NCBI GenBank assembly: GCA_035389045.1
Contig: DAOORA010000044.1
Location: 1-36,891, forward strand
Direction of reading: 5' to 3'
Length of the DNA: 36,891 nucleotides
Source: Bacteroidales bacterium
GTDB lineage: Bacteria > Bacteroidota > Bacteroidia > Bacteroidales > CAIWKO01
This document shows positions 28,640 through 36,891 of the stretch, piece by piece. Each line of letters starts with the position of its first letter. Within the stretch, counting starts at the first letter, position 1. Below the pieces are notes generated by a model, which made no database searches, had not been told where the DNA came from, and worked only from the letters and a program-made list of their open reading frames with translations. Made by a program: the position numbers and the translations under genes.

Positions 28640-30421
28640 ATGTCAGGAAAAACATTTGCCGAAAAGATTCTCGGAGCCGAATGCGGAAGCATCGTTTTCA
28701 AAAAGCCCGATATTGTGCTCTCGCACGATAATACAGCAAGTATCAATGCCACATTTACCAAGATGGGCGGAGATAAAGTGGCTTTTCCGGAACAATTGCT
28801 GATTGTGCTTGATCATAATGCTCCGCCGACCAATGCCAAGTTGGCCAACGATTACCAGAAGATACGTGATATTGTTGCCAAACAGGGAATAAAGAAGTTC
28901 CATGATGTTGGTGACGGCATCTGTCATCAGTTGATGTCGCTGCATGCCCGTCCCAACATGATCATTGTCGGAAGCGACAGTCATACGTGTACTGCAGGGG
29001 CTCTCAATGCTTTTTCAGCCGGTATAGACCGTACCGAAACAGCGGGTTTGTGGAAACAGGGAGAAACCTGGTTCCGTGTGCCGGAATCGGTAAAAATCAT
29101 GCTGAAGGGGAAGCTGAACCCCGGAGTGTATGCCAAAGACGTTGCGCTTTGGATCATCGGTATGATGGGTTCCGACGGTGCTGACTATATGTCGATAGAG
29201 TATCACGGCGAGGGGGTGAAAACACTCAGCATTGCCGACCGTATGACCATAGCCAACCTTGCATCGGAGATGGGCGCCAAGAATGCTGTCTTTCCCGCCG
29301 ATGACGTACTGTGGAATTTTATAGGGACGAAAACAGAAGGCACCTGGGCTGATGCCGATGCAAAATATCTGAAAGAATTTGAGGTCGATCTTGGTAAATT
29401 ATTCCCTGTTGTTGCAGCTCCTCATCATGTAGACAATGTAAAAGCCGTGTCAGAAGTTCAGGGCACAAAACTGAACCAGGCCATAGTGGGCACCTGCACC
29501 AACGGACGTATTGAAGATATCCGTATTGCTGCAGCGGTTTTAAAGGGGAAGAAGATTCCTGCCGGATTCCAGTTATTGGTTATCCCGGCATCAATGGATA
29601 TATACAAAATGGCAATGCAGGAAGGATTGGTGATGGATCTGTTGCAGGCCGGAGCTAACTTTCTGTCGCCTTCCTGCGGGCCGTGCCTGGGAACAGGGCA
29701 GGGGATACCCGCCGATGGATATAACGTAATTTCTACGGCAAACAGGAATTTCCTCGGGCGCATGGGCAACGAAAAAGCGAGTATCTACCTTGCTTCCCCG
29801 GCCACCGTGGCTTATTCGGCGCTAAAAGGCGAAATCAGTGATCCCCGTGGAATAGCTGCTGCCGACAAGTTTCCCTACTCGAAAGAACAAAGCCATACCG
29901 TGCAGGTACAGCAGGGCGACGACCGTTATGCTGCCGGCGTGTGGTCATACGGAGATATCGACAATATGAATACCGACCAGATGTTTGCCGGTAACCTTAC
30001 CTATAACATCAACAGTGCTGAAGGTGACAAGATTATGCCTTACCTTTTCAAAGGCTTGGACGAAAGCTTTGCCGAACGTGTGAAAGCTAATGATATTGTT
30101 GTTGCAGGCCTTAATTTCGGTTGTGGAAGTTCGCGGGAACATCCTGCTGTAGGCTTATCATTTGCCGGCGTTCAAGCTGTTATCTGCAAATCTGTGAACA
30201 GGATATTTTATCGTTCTGCGGTTAACCAGGGATTACCGATACTGGTGGTTCCTGAAGCAGTGGATAATTACAAAAAAGGAGATGCCGTGGAGGTTGACAT
30301 GGCTAAAGGCACGATTACCATTGCTGGTAAGGCCTATACCTTTAATCCTCTGCCCGACAAGCTGATGAATATTTTCAAGGCGAAAGGGTTGGTGAATTAT
30401 GTGAAACAAGCAAACAATTAG
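28640..30421 (+). CDS. Single-chain aconitase-family hydro-lyase (fused LeuC/HacA large + LeuD/HacB small subunit; homoaconitase/IPMI-like)
   Basis: DH, GICHQ, DSHT, GTCTNGR, CGPCLG and NRNF, then in the same frame NTDQ and NFGCGSSREH of the swivel domain. TAACTTTG -7 box at 28607-28614. Confidence 0.9.
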   Translation: MSGKTFAEKILGAECGSIVFKKPDIVLSHDNTASINATFTKMGGDKVAFPEQLLIVLDHNAPPTNAKLANDYQKIRDIVAKQGIKKFHDVGDGICHQLMSLHARPNMIIVGSDSHTCTAGALNAFSAGIDRTETAGLWKQGETWFRVPESVKIMLKGKLNPGVYAKDVALWIIGMMGSDGADYMSIEYHGEGVKTLSIADRMTIANLASEMGAKNAVFPADDVLWNFIGTKTEGTWADADAKYLKEFEVDLGKLFPVVAAPHHVDNVKAVSEVQGTKLNQAIVGTCTNGRIEDIRIAAAVLKGKKIPAGFQLLVIPASMDIYKMAMQEGLVMDLLQAGANFLSPSCGPCLGTGQGIPADGYNVISTANRNFLGRMGNEKASIYLASPATVAYSALKGEISDPRGIAAADKFPYSKEQSHTVQVQQGDDRYAAGVWSYGDIDNMNTDQMFAGNLTYNINSAEGDKIMPYLFKGLDESFAERVKANDIVVAGLNFGCGSSREHPAVGLSFAGVQAVICKSVNRIFYRSAVNQGLPILVVPEAVDNYKKGDAVEVDMAKGTITIAGKAYTFNPLPDKLMNIFKAKGLVNYVKQANN

Positions 30422-30451
30422 AAGAATGCAATATTGTATGAGTAATGATGG

Positions 30452-30488
30452 ATGATGAATGGTGATGGGTGCATTCAACATTCATCAT
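30452..30488. terminator. Hairpin between convergent genes (possible bidirectional terminator / short repeat relic)
   Basis: ATGATGAATG (30452-30461) pairs with CATTCATCAT (30479-30488). Confidence 0.35.
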
Positions 30489-30565
30489 TCCGCTTTATGT
30501 GCCCCTTATTTTCTTGCATTGCAATTGCACATAGAAAGTGTTATGTAAGTATTGTTATAAAAACC

Positions 30566-31723
30566 TTATACACTTTCAATCTCATGCATTTTCATCCATG
30601 GGATTACTGATATACCCTGTGTTCGATTTTGTTTGATGTCGCCTGTATATATAACAGCTCCGGTCTTTTTTCCTGTTAATTTTATCCAGAACTCTAACCC
30701 CTTAAAATAATCGGATGTTATAGTTTTGCCTGATTTTATTTCAATAGGGTATAATTCATGGATTTTATCTAATACTATATCTATTTCATGTCCTGTGTTA
30801 TCCCTCCAAAAAAATAAATTATTGTTTTTGGCAACATTAAACCTCTTCTTTAGAAGTTCTATGATAATGAAATTTTCAAACAAAGGCCCTCTGTATGCGT
30901 GGTTGATTAGATTGGCAGGTTCTTGAATGCCAAGCAATGCACAGGCTAGCCCTGTATCATAAAAATATAACTTAGGCATTTTAACCACCCTTTTGTTATA
31001 GTTATTATGGTGTGGTAATAATCGAAATGCAATAAAACTACTTTCTAAAATTCCAATCCATGATGTAATGGTTTTGTTATCTACACCTGTTTCTACAGCC
31101 AGGCTATTGACATTTAATAATTGGCCTATCCGGGCAGCACATAATTTTAAGAACTTTTCAAATACAGCAAGGTTGGAAATGTTTTTTATTAACCTTACAT
31201 CTCGTTCAACATAGGTACGAATATAATTGGAGTACCATTTGTCTGTTTCAAAATACGAATCATACAAAGGAGGGTACAATCCTTTATATAATAATTCTTC
31301 GATGGTATAATCTGATAATTTTGGGATTTCGTATATAGAAAATGGCAACAAAGTTAAATATCCGATTCTCCCGGCTAAACTTTGTGTAATATTTTCCTGG
31401 AGCAGAAAATTGTTGGAGCCAGTAATAATAAATTTTCCTTTTTTATTATCATCGTCCAATATCTGTTGCATATAAGAAAATAATTCAGGTGCCCTCTGAG
31501 CTTCATCAATAATGGCGCCTTCAGGGTATTGCGATAAAAATCCTCTTGGGTCTTCTAATGCAAACCTTCGGGTATCTGGATTTTCAAGGTTTTGATATGG
31601 TTTACCTTTGAAAGTTTCTCTGACCAATGTTGTTTTACCTGATTGACGAGGCCCGGTTAAAGCAACTGCCTTGTATTGACGGGCTAAACTGTCAAGTTCT
31701 TTTTTTGCTAATCTTTTTATCAT
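30566..31723 (-). CDS. AAA+ ATPase (AAA_14 + DUF4143)
   Basis: GPRQSGKTT, IIDEAQ, TGS, SLAGR, KLYFYDTGL, FENF, EID...IEIKSG. Start placed at MIKR (31723), just after a TATATTTG -7 box at 31735-31728. Confidence 0.9.
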   Translation of the reverse strand: MIKRLAKKELDSLARQYKAVALTGPRQSGKTTLVRETFKGKPYQNLENPDTRRFALEDPRGFLSQYPEGAIIDEAQRAPELFSYMQQILDDDNKKGKFIITGSNNFLLQENITQSLAGRIGYLTLLPFSIYEIPKLSDYTIEELLYKGLYPPLYDSYFETDKWYSNYIRTYVERDVRLIKNISNLAVFEKFLKLCAARIGQLLNVNSLAVETGVDNKTITSWIGILESSFIAFRLLPHHNNYNKRVVKMPKLYFYDTGLACALLGIQEPANLINHAYRGPLFENFIIIELLKKRFNVAKNNNLFFWRDNTGHEIDIVLDKIHELYPIEIKSGKTITSDYFKGLEFWIKLTGKKTGAVIYTGDIKQNRTQGISVIPWMKMHEIESV

Positions 31724-32122
31724 GGTACAAATATACAAATTTGGAGTTGAATTCCAAAATTGTAAGAATAATTTATAAATTTTTATCGCCAACCGAATAA
31801 AAGGCAATTTTTTTAAGCTATTGAAAAACATAATAAAATAGTTATAGACCACAAGCCATGCAAATTAGAACAAGTCGCATTTTTAAGCAGCATGAATTCA
31901 TATCTTGGCATTATGAAGCACTACCAAACATAGTATTTGAGAAAAAGAATGTTGTTTAAAACTTGTCAGGTTGGTGGTGGAATTATGTTTCCCCTGTTGG
32001 TTATGAGAAGTTTATTGTAAAACGCAAAGTTGTAAAAAAAGCCTTGTACAATGGGGCGAATTTATTGGGCGGAATTTGTATATTTCGATTGAAAATTGCG
32101 TAGCGAAATTATAGGACTACGA

Positions 32123-32725
32123 TTATTGCAGTCTTCGCATCCACACCCACCAAGCAAAAAACGGATCTTCCACATTGTATCCGCGCTCATCCTGAAATAA
32201 GAAACCGCTGGTAAGTAATTTTTTGTAAACGCTGTATCTCGTAATTACCGGAATAGTTGCGTCTTTGATGTAGTCTTCGTTTTTTGATGAGCTGATCAGT
32301 TGCAGTATTATTTTCTGTCGGTCAGGTTTAAACTCATCCATAGACGCTCAAAGTCAATGTCATGTTGCTGAATGATCATTTCAGCTACTTTATCAATAGT
32401 AATTTCAGGGTAATTTTTAGAGGAATTAAAATATTGAAAAGCCAGCTGTTGTGCATAGTATGGATGGCATCGCGTAAATTCAAGGATTGCTGTCGAAATG
32501 CTTTCGGTCTTTTTTTATTGAGCAACGAAAATCCTTTATCGAAAAGTTCATAAAATCTTTGTGCGGTATTGCCGACAGGGTTTGAAGCAACCCGAAATGA
32601 TAAAAGGGCGATTTTTTATGTTCAAAAATAATACGCATCAGCGATTCTTGACTACCCATAAAAATATAGAATACGTGGTTGTGTGTCTGTATGACGGAAC
32701 GGAGGTTCGCATTTTCTAAAATAGG
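32123..32725 (-). pseudogene. Fragmented 3' part of an ATPase (archaeal-ATPase/AAA-like) gene
   Basis: LRSVIQTHNHVFYIFMGSQESLMRIIFEHKKSPFYHFG, then CHPYYAQQLAF in another frame, then YNVEDPFFAWW. Frameshifted, with no Walker A or N-terminus visible. Confidence 0.7.
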
Positions 32726-33076
32726 TATAGTTGCTAAAGACTTGATTAAAAGATTGGAAGACAAAAAAAATAAAAAAAATAAAGCACATGGCTTTTGAAG
32801 TGCTATTCGAAAAGAGATTTTCAATGGCAGGATGTACGCATTACAAATGCGTGCGAATTGGTGTATGAAGGACCTTTAATTAATTTCAGCGGTGTTCAAA
32901 AAAAGTGCGAAGTTCCGAACCGACCATAGGGAGATCATGAACACCGAAAAAAACACTGTGAATAAATGCTGCACACTTTGGAATTTTTATAAACGGAGTT
33001 ATTCAGCCTGATGTATGATAGATTTATGTATTTTTATGATTGGAAAAACGAATTATCGGCTTTAATAAGATCAAAT

Positions 33077-34561
33077 ATGAATAAATCAGTTTTTATCATC
33101 TGCATTTTACTAATATCCATAAAAATAAATGCTCAACCAACAAGCCTGGATTCCACATTTGGCACATTTGGTATTGTAAAGACTATTATTAATGCCGGCA
33201 ATGACCATTGTGTTGCATTGGCTATTCAGGCAAACGGGAAAATTGTTGCTGTGGGCTATACAAATCCCGGAACAGGTAATGATTTTATGATTGTAAGATA
33301 CAATACCAACGGAACCCTTGATAATTCATTCGGTACCAATGGAGTTGTTGTGACACAAATCAGTATTTCGGATGATCGAGCCACTTCACTTAAGATACAA
33401 AGCAATGGAAAAATTATTGTTGCAGGGTATGCTACTTATAATTCGAAAAAGGATTTTGTTGTTGTAAGATATAATACTGATGGAACATTAGATAATTCAT
33501 TTGGGGTAAATGGTATTGTTAGAACAACCATGAGCGTTCACGATGATAATGCAACATCGCTAAATATACAAAATGATGGGAAAATTGTGGTTGGCGGAAA
33601 TTCATATATCTACGCCATCTCAATTGCCCGATATGATACAAGTGGCATATTGGATAATACTTTTGGAATAAATGGTAAGGTAATTACTTTATTTAATGAT
33701 ATACAAGGTAATGGTAGGGCTAGTTTAAATTGTTCATCTATTCAAACCAATGGAAAAATTATTATTGCGGGATCAATTACTGATACAATGGGTCAGAATT
33801 TTATGCTTTTAAGATATAATACTGATGGTGGCATAGATAGCTCTTTTGGTATTAATGGTATGGTAAGAACCGGATTTATAACAAATTATAATGATTGGGT
33901 AAATGGAATGGTTATACAGGCTGATGGAAAAATTGTTTGTGTTGGAAATTCATCCCCCGGGCCCCACTGTTACATTGCTATTGCAAGATATAATGATAAT
34001 GGAACCATTGATTTTCATAGTACAAATTATTGTTTTGATATGGGGGGAGCACTTTCTGTAGCATTGCAAAATAATGGTAAGATTGTAACAGCAGGCTTTA
34101 ATTTTTCTGCCGGACCATATTTGAGTATGACCCGTTATAATACCGTGGGAAGCCCGGACAATACCTTCAGCCCTAGTGGCTGTGTAGGAAGCAGTCTCGT
34201 TAATGACGCATACGGGTTAGCAATACAAACTGATGGGAAATATGTAACATGCGGTACTTTTTACGATTTTTCATTAGCAAGGTTTAAAGGTGATTCATAT
34301 AACAATATAGATGAGCTGAATACGAATTTCAACCTCAACATTTTTCCAAATCCTGCACAAGACTATATTACCATAGTAAATAATTCATACGATGATTATG
34401 AACTACTATCTATTTTCTCTGCACAGGGTCAATTGCTTATACAAAAGCCAATAAGACAACCGAAATCAATTATAGATGTAAGTATACTTTCCAGAGGTAT
34501 TTACTTTTTAAGAATTTCCAATCAGAAAAATGAAAAAGTTGCCAGCTTTATTAAAGAATAG
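33077..34561 (+). CDS. T9SS-secreted delta-60 repeat (DUF5122-like) beta-propeller protein
   Basis: About 7 repeats of IQ.NGKIVV.G.....F...RYNT.G.LD.SFG.NG, signal peptide from ATG 33077, CTD IFPNPA...GIYFLRI. Confidence 0.88.
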   Translation: MNKSVFIICILLISIKINAQPTSLDSTFGTFGIVKTIINAGNDHCVALAIQANGKIVAVGYTNPGTGNDFMIVRYNTNGTLDNSFGTNGVVVTQISISDDRATSLKIQSNGKIIVAGYATYNSKKDFVVVRYNTDGTLDNSFGVNGIVRTTMSVHDDNATSLNIQNDGKIVVGGNSYIYAISIARYDTSGILDNTFGINGKVITLFNDIQGNGRASLNCSSIQTNGKIIIAGSITDTMGQNFMLLRYNTDGGIDSSFGINGMVRTGFITNYNDWVNGMVIQADGKIVCVGNSSPGPHCYIAIARYNDNGTIDFHSTNYCFDMGGALSVALQNNGKIVTAGFNFSAGPYLSMTRYNTVGSPDNTFSPSGCVGSSLVNDAYGLAIQTDGKYVTCGTFYDFSLARFKGDSYNNIDELNTNFNLNIFPNPAQDYITIVNNSYDDYELLSIFSAQGQLLIQKPIRQPKSIIDVSILSRGIYFLRISNQKNEKVASFIKE

Positions 34562-34614
34562 AATGTTTACTGGCTCAAATCCGAAATCGTCAGCCAATCA
34601 TTCATTCTTATAAT

Positions 34615-36699
34615 TTACTGCATCCTTTCTAACCTCTTCTTCTCAGCAATCTTCTTCAGTTCCTCTTCCTGTATGCCTCTGGGAACGGCCTCGTATTGAA
34701 AAAATTCCATAGAATAGTTGGCACGGCCGCTCGACATATTTCTTAGTTGCGTGGCGTAGCCAAACATCTCCATCAGGGGTACAAAAGCATTGACTTTTTG
34801 TGAGCCTTTGCGGTAGCGGCGCATGGCTTCGATACGGCCACGGCGGCGGTTGAGGTTGCCCACTATTTCTCCGATGTATTCATCGGGGGTGTTGACTTCC
34901 ACTTTCATCATGGGTTCGAGAAGGACAGGGTTGGCTTTCAAAAAAGCATTTTTAAAACAGATAGAAGCACAGGTCTGAAAAGCCATATCCGATGAATCCA
35001 CCGGGTGAAAAGCGCCGTCAAGCAAGGTTACCTTGACATCCACCACCGGGAAACCGGCGATGATACCGCTGCTCATCGTTTTCTGTATGCCTTTGTTTAC
35101 CGAAGGAATATATTCTGCCGGGATGGTGCCGCCCTTGATCTTATCAACAAACTCGTAGCCTTTGCCTTCATTGGGTTCCACGCGTAGTAAGGTACGTGCA
35201 AATTGTCCTCTGCCACCGCTTTGTTTGGCATGTTTATAGTCGAATTCCGATTCCAGAGTGATGGCTTCGCGGAATGCTACGGATGGCTGGCCTACTTCCA
35301 CTTCAACATTGAACTCACGGCGCAGGCGGTCTATGATAATTTCGAGATGTAACTCACCCATCCCGGAAACAATAGTTTCGCTGGTTTCATCGTCGTAGCG
35401 CATATTAAATGAAGGATCTTCATTAGCAAGTTTCTGCAAGGATTCGATCATGCGTTCCTGATCGGCGCGTTTGGAAGGGTTGATCTTTAGTTCAATAACC
35501 GTTGGAGGGATATGTATCGATTCCAGATGCAGGGGATGTTCGCTGTCGCAAAGGGTGTCGCCGGTTTTGGTAAGTTTCATACCGATCAGGGCTACGATGT
35601 CGCCCGGACCGGCTTCGCTGATCTCTTCGCGGTCTTTGGCACGGATTTTAAGTATGCGCCCGGCGCGTTCGTATTTTCCTTTGGTAGAATTGAGCAGTTG
35701 CATGCCGCTGGTCAGTCTTCCGGAATAAATACGTAAAAATGTCTGTTGTCCTACAAAAGGATCGTGTATGAGCTTAAATGCCAGGGCAGCAAAAGGTTCT
35801 TTGGCGGATGGGTTTCTGCTTCGTGTTTTTTCCGAATCATCAATGTCGAAGCCAACAATAGCACCAACGTCGATGGGTGAAGGGAGGTATTCTACAACTG
35901 CATCGAGGAGCAGTTGTATGCCTTTGTTTTTATAGGCGGCACCACAAAACACCGGTGTTATCAGCAGTTTCAGCGTGGACTCACGTGCGGCATTTTTTAT
36001 GAGATCGGCAGGGATGTCTTTTTCATCAAAATACAGGTTGCGAATTTCTTCATCATAGTCACCGAGTTTTTCTATAAGCGACATGCGAAAGTCTTCGCTT
36101 GTTTGTTTGTATTCTTCGGGGATTTCTATTTCTTTTTGCTGATTGTTTTCATCAAAGACGTATGCTTTACGTTCTATGAGGTCGATGATCCCGTAAAAAT
36201 CTTCTTCTGCGCCCATAGGCAACTGAAATGGCAGCGCTTTGGCGTCGAGGTACTTGTTCATCATGTTTACCACATCGCTGAAACAGGCCCCTGTGCGGTC
36301 CATTTTATTAATAAAGCCGATACGCGGTACTTTGTAACGGTTTGCCTGGTTCCATACGGTTTCTGTCTGTGGCTCCACACCGCCAACGGCACAAAAAACG
36401 GCAACCATGCCGTCGATGACCCGCAGCGAACGTTCGACTTCCACCGTAAAATCTACGTGTCCGGGAGTGTCAATGATGTTGATCTGGGCATCCTTCCAGT
36501 GGCACGAAATAGCTGCCGAGGCAATAGTGATACCGCGTTCCTGTTCCTGTTTCATAAAGTCCATGGTGGCTTGCCCGTCGTGGGTTTCGCCGGGTTTACG
36601 GGTTACCCCGGTAAAGAATAATATGCGTTCGGTAACTGTGGTCTTTCCGGCATCAATATGTGCGGCAATGCCGATGTTTCTTAGTTTGGTCAGTGACAT
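34615..36699 (-). CDS. fusA: Elongation factor G (stand-alone paralogue)
   Basis: AHIDAGKTT, RGITI, DTPGHVDF, NKMD, GMGELHLEI, KQSGGRGQF, HPVDSS, MFGYAT.LR. Confidence 0.93.
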   Translation of the reverse strand: MSLTKLRNIGIAAHIDAGKTTVTERILFFTGVTRKPGETHDGQATMDFMKQEQERGITIASAAISCHWKDAQINIIDTPGHVDFTVEVERSLRVIDGMVAVFCAVGGVEPQTETVWNQANRYKVPRIGFINKMDRTGACFSDVVNMMNKYLDAKALPFQLPMGAEEDFYGIIDLIERKAYVFDENNQQKEIEIPEEYKQTSEDFRMSLIEKLGDYDEEIRNLYFDEKDIPADLIKNAARESTLKLLITPVFCGAAYKNKGIQLLLDAVVEYLPSPIDVGAIVGFDIDDSEKTRSRNPSAKEPFAALAFKLIHDPFVGQQTFLRIYSGRLTSGMQLLNSTKGKYERAGRILKIRAKDREEISEAGPGDIVALIGMKLTKTGDTLCDSEHPLHLESIHIPPTVIELKINPSKRADQERMIESLQKLANEDPSFNMRYDDETSETIVSGMGELHLEIIIDRLRREFNVEVEVGQPSVAFREAITLESEFDYKHAKQSGGRGQFARTLLRVEPNEGKGYEFVDKIKGGTIPAEYIPSVNKGIQKTMSSGIIAGFPVVDVKVTLLDGAFHPVDSSDMAFQTCASICFKNAFLKANPVLLEPMMKVEVNTPDEYIGEIVGNLNRRRGRIEAMRRYRKGSQKVNAFVPLMEMFGYATQLRNMSSGRANYSMEFFQYEAVPRGIQEEELKKIAEKKRLERMQ

Positions 36700-36717
36700 A
36701 ATATTTTTTTAGATTTT

Positions 36718-36891
<174 letters not shown>

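Noticed and set aside
31724..31852. N-terminal extension of the AAA ATPase (likewise 1789, 24824 and 33011 starts for other genes)
   Set aside because: The extensions cover AT-rich promoter/leader sequence. Downstream ATGs fit family N-termini or signal peptides better.
35914..36621. 235-aa + strand ORF, and similar long antisense ORFs in uvrA, the receptor and the Asp-box gene
   Set aside because: They lie wholly opposite well-supported genes and have no recognisable motifs.

Overview
Bacteroidota (probably Bacteroidales-like) chromosomal segment, judged from TAnnTTTG promoters, T9SS C-terminal domains and the rpmG-DUF4295-ftsY-rimO block. The first 13.7 kb is an accessory cluster of three tandem very large T9SS-secreted proteins (one truncated by the window edge). 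All three end in the same dockerin-like / cohesin-like / T9SS-CTD cassette, and one also carries three N-terminal cohesin-like modules. I recognise no canonical glycoside hydrolase domain in them, so this is a candidate non-cellulosomal cohesin-dockerin surface scaffold. The cluster's intergenic spaces hold two REP-like palindrome families, a deleted RAYT-like transposase remnant and an IS1634-like fragment. The rest is mostly housekeeping: rpmG, DUF4295, ftsY, rimO, uvrA, an ECF sigma factor, nth, a fused LeuC/LeuD-type aconitase-family hydratase and a stand-alone EF-G paralogue. Interspersed are a TonB-dependent-like receptor, a PAS protein, an Asp-box T9SS protein, an AT-rich patch (AAA ATPase, ATPase pseudogene, delta-60-repeat T9SS protein) and a heptamer tandem array that runs off the right end. 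All domain calls were made by eye from motifs; no searches were run.
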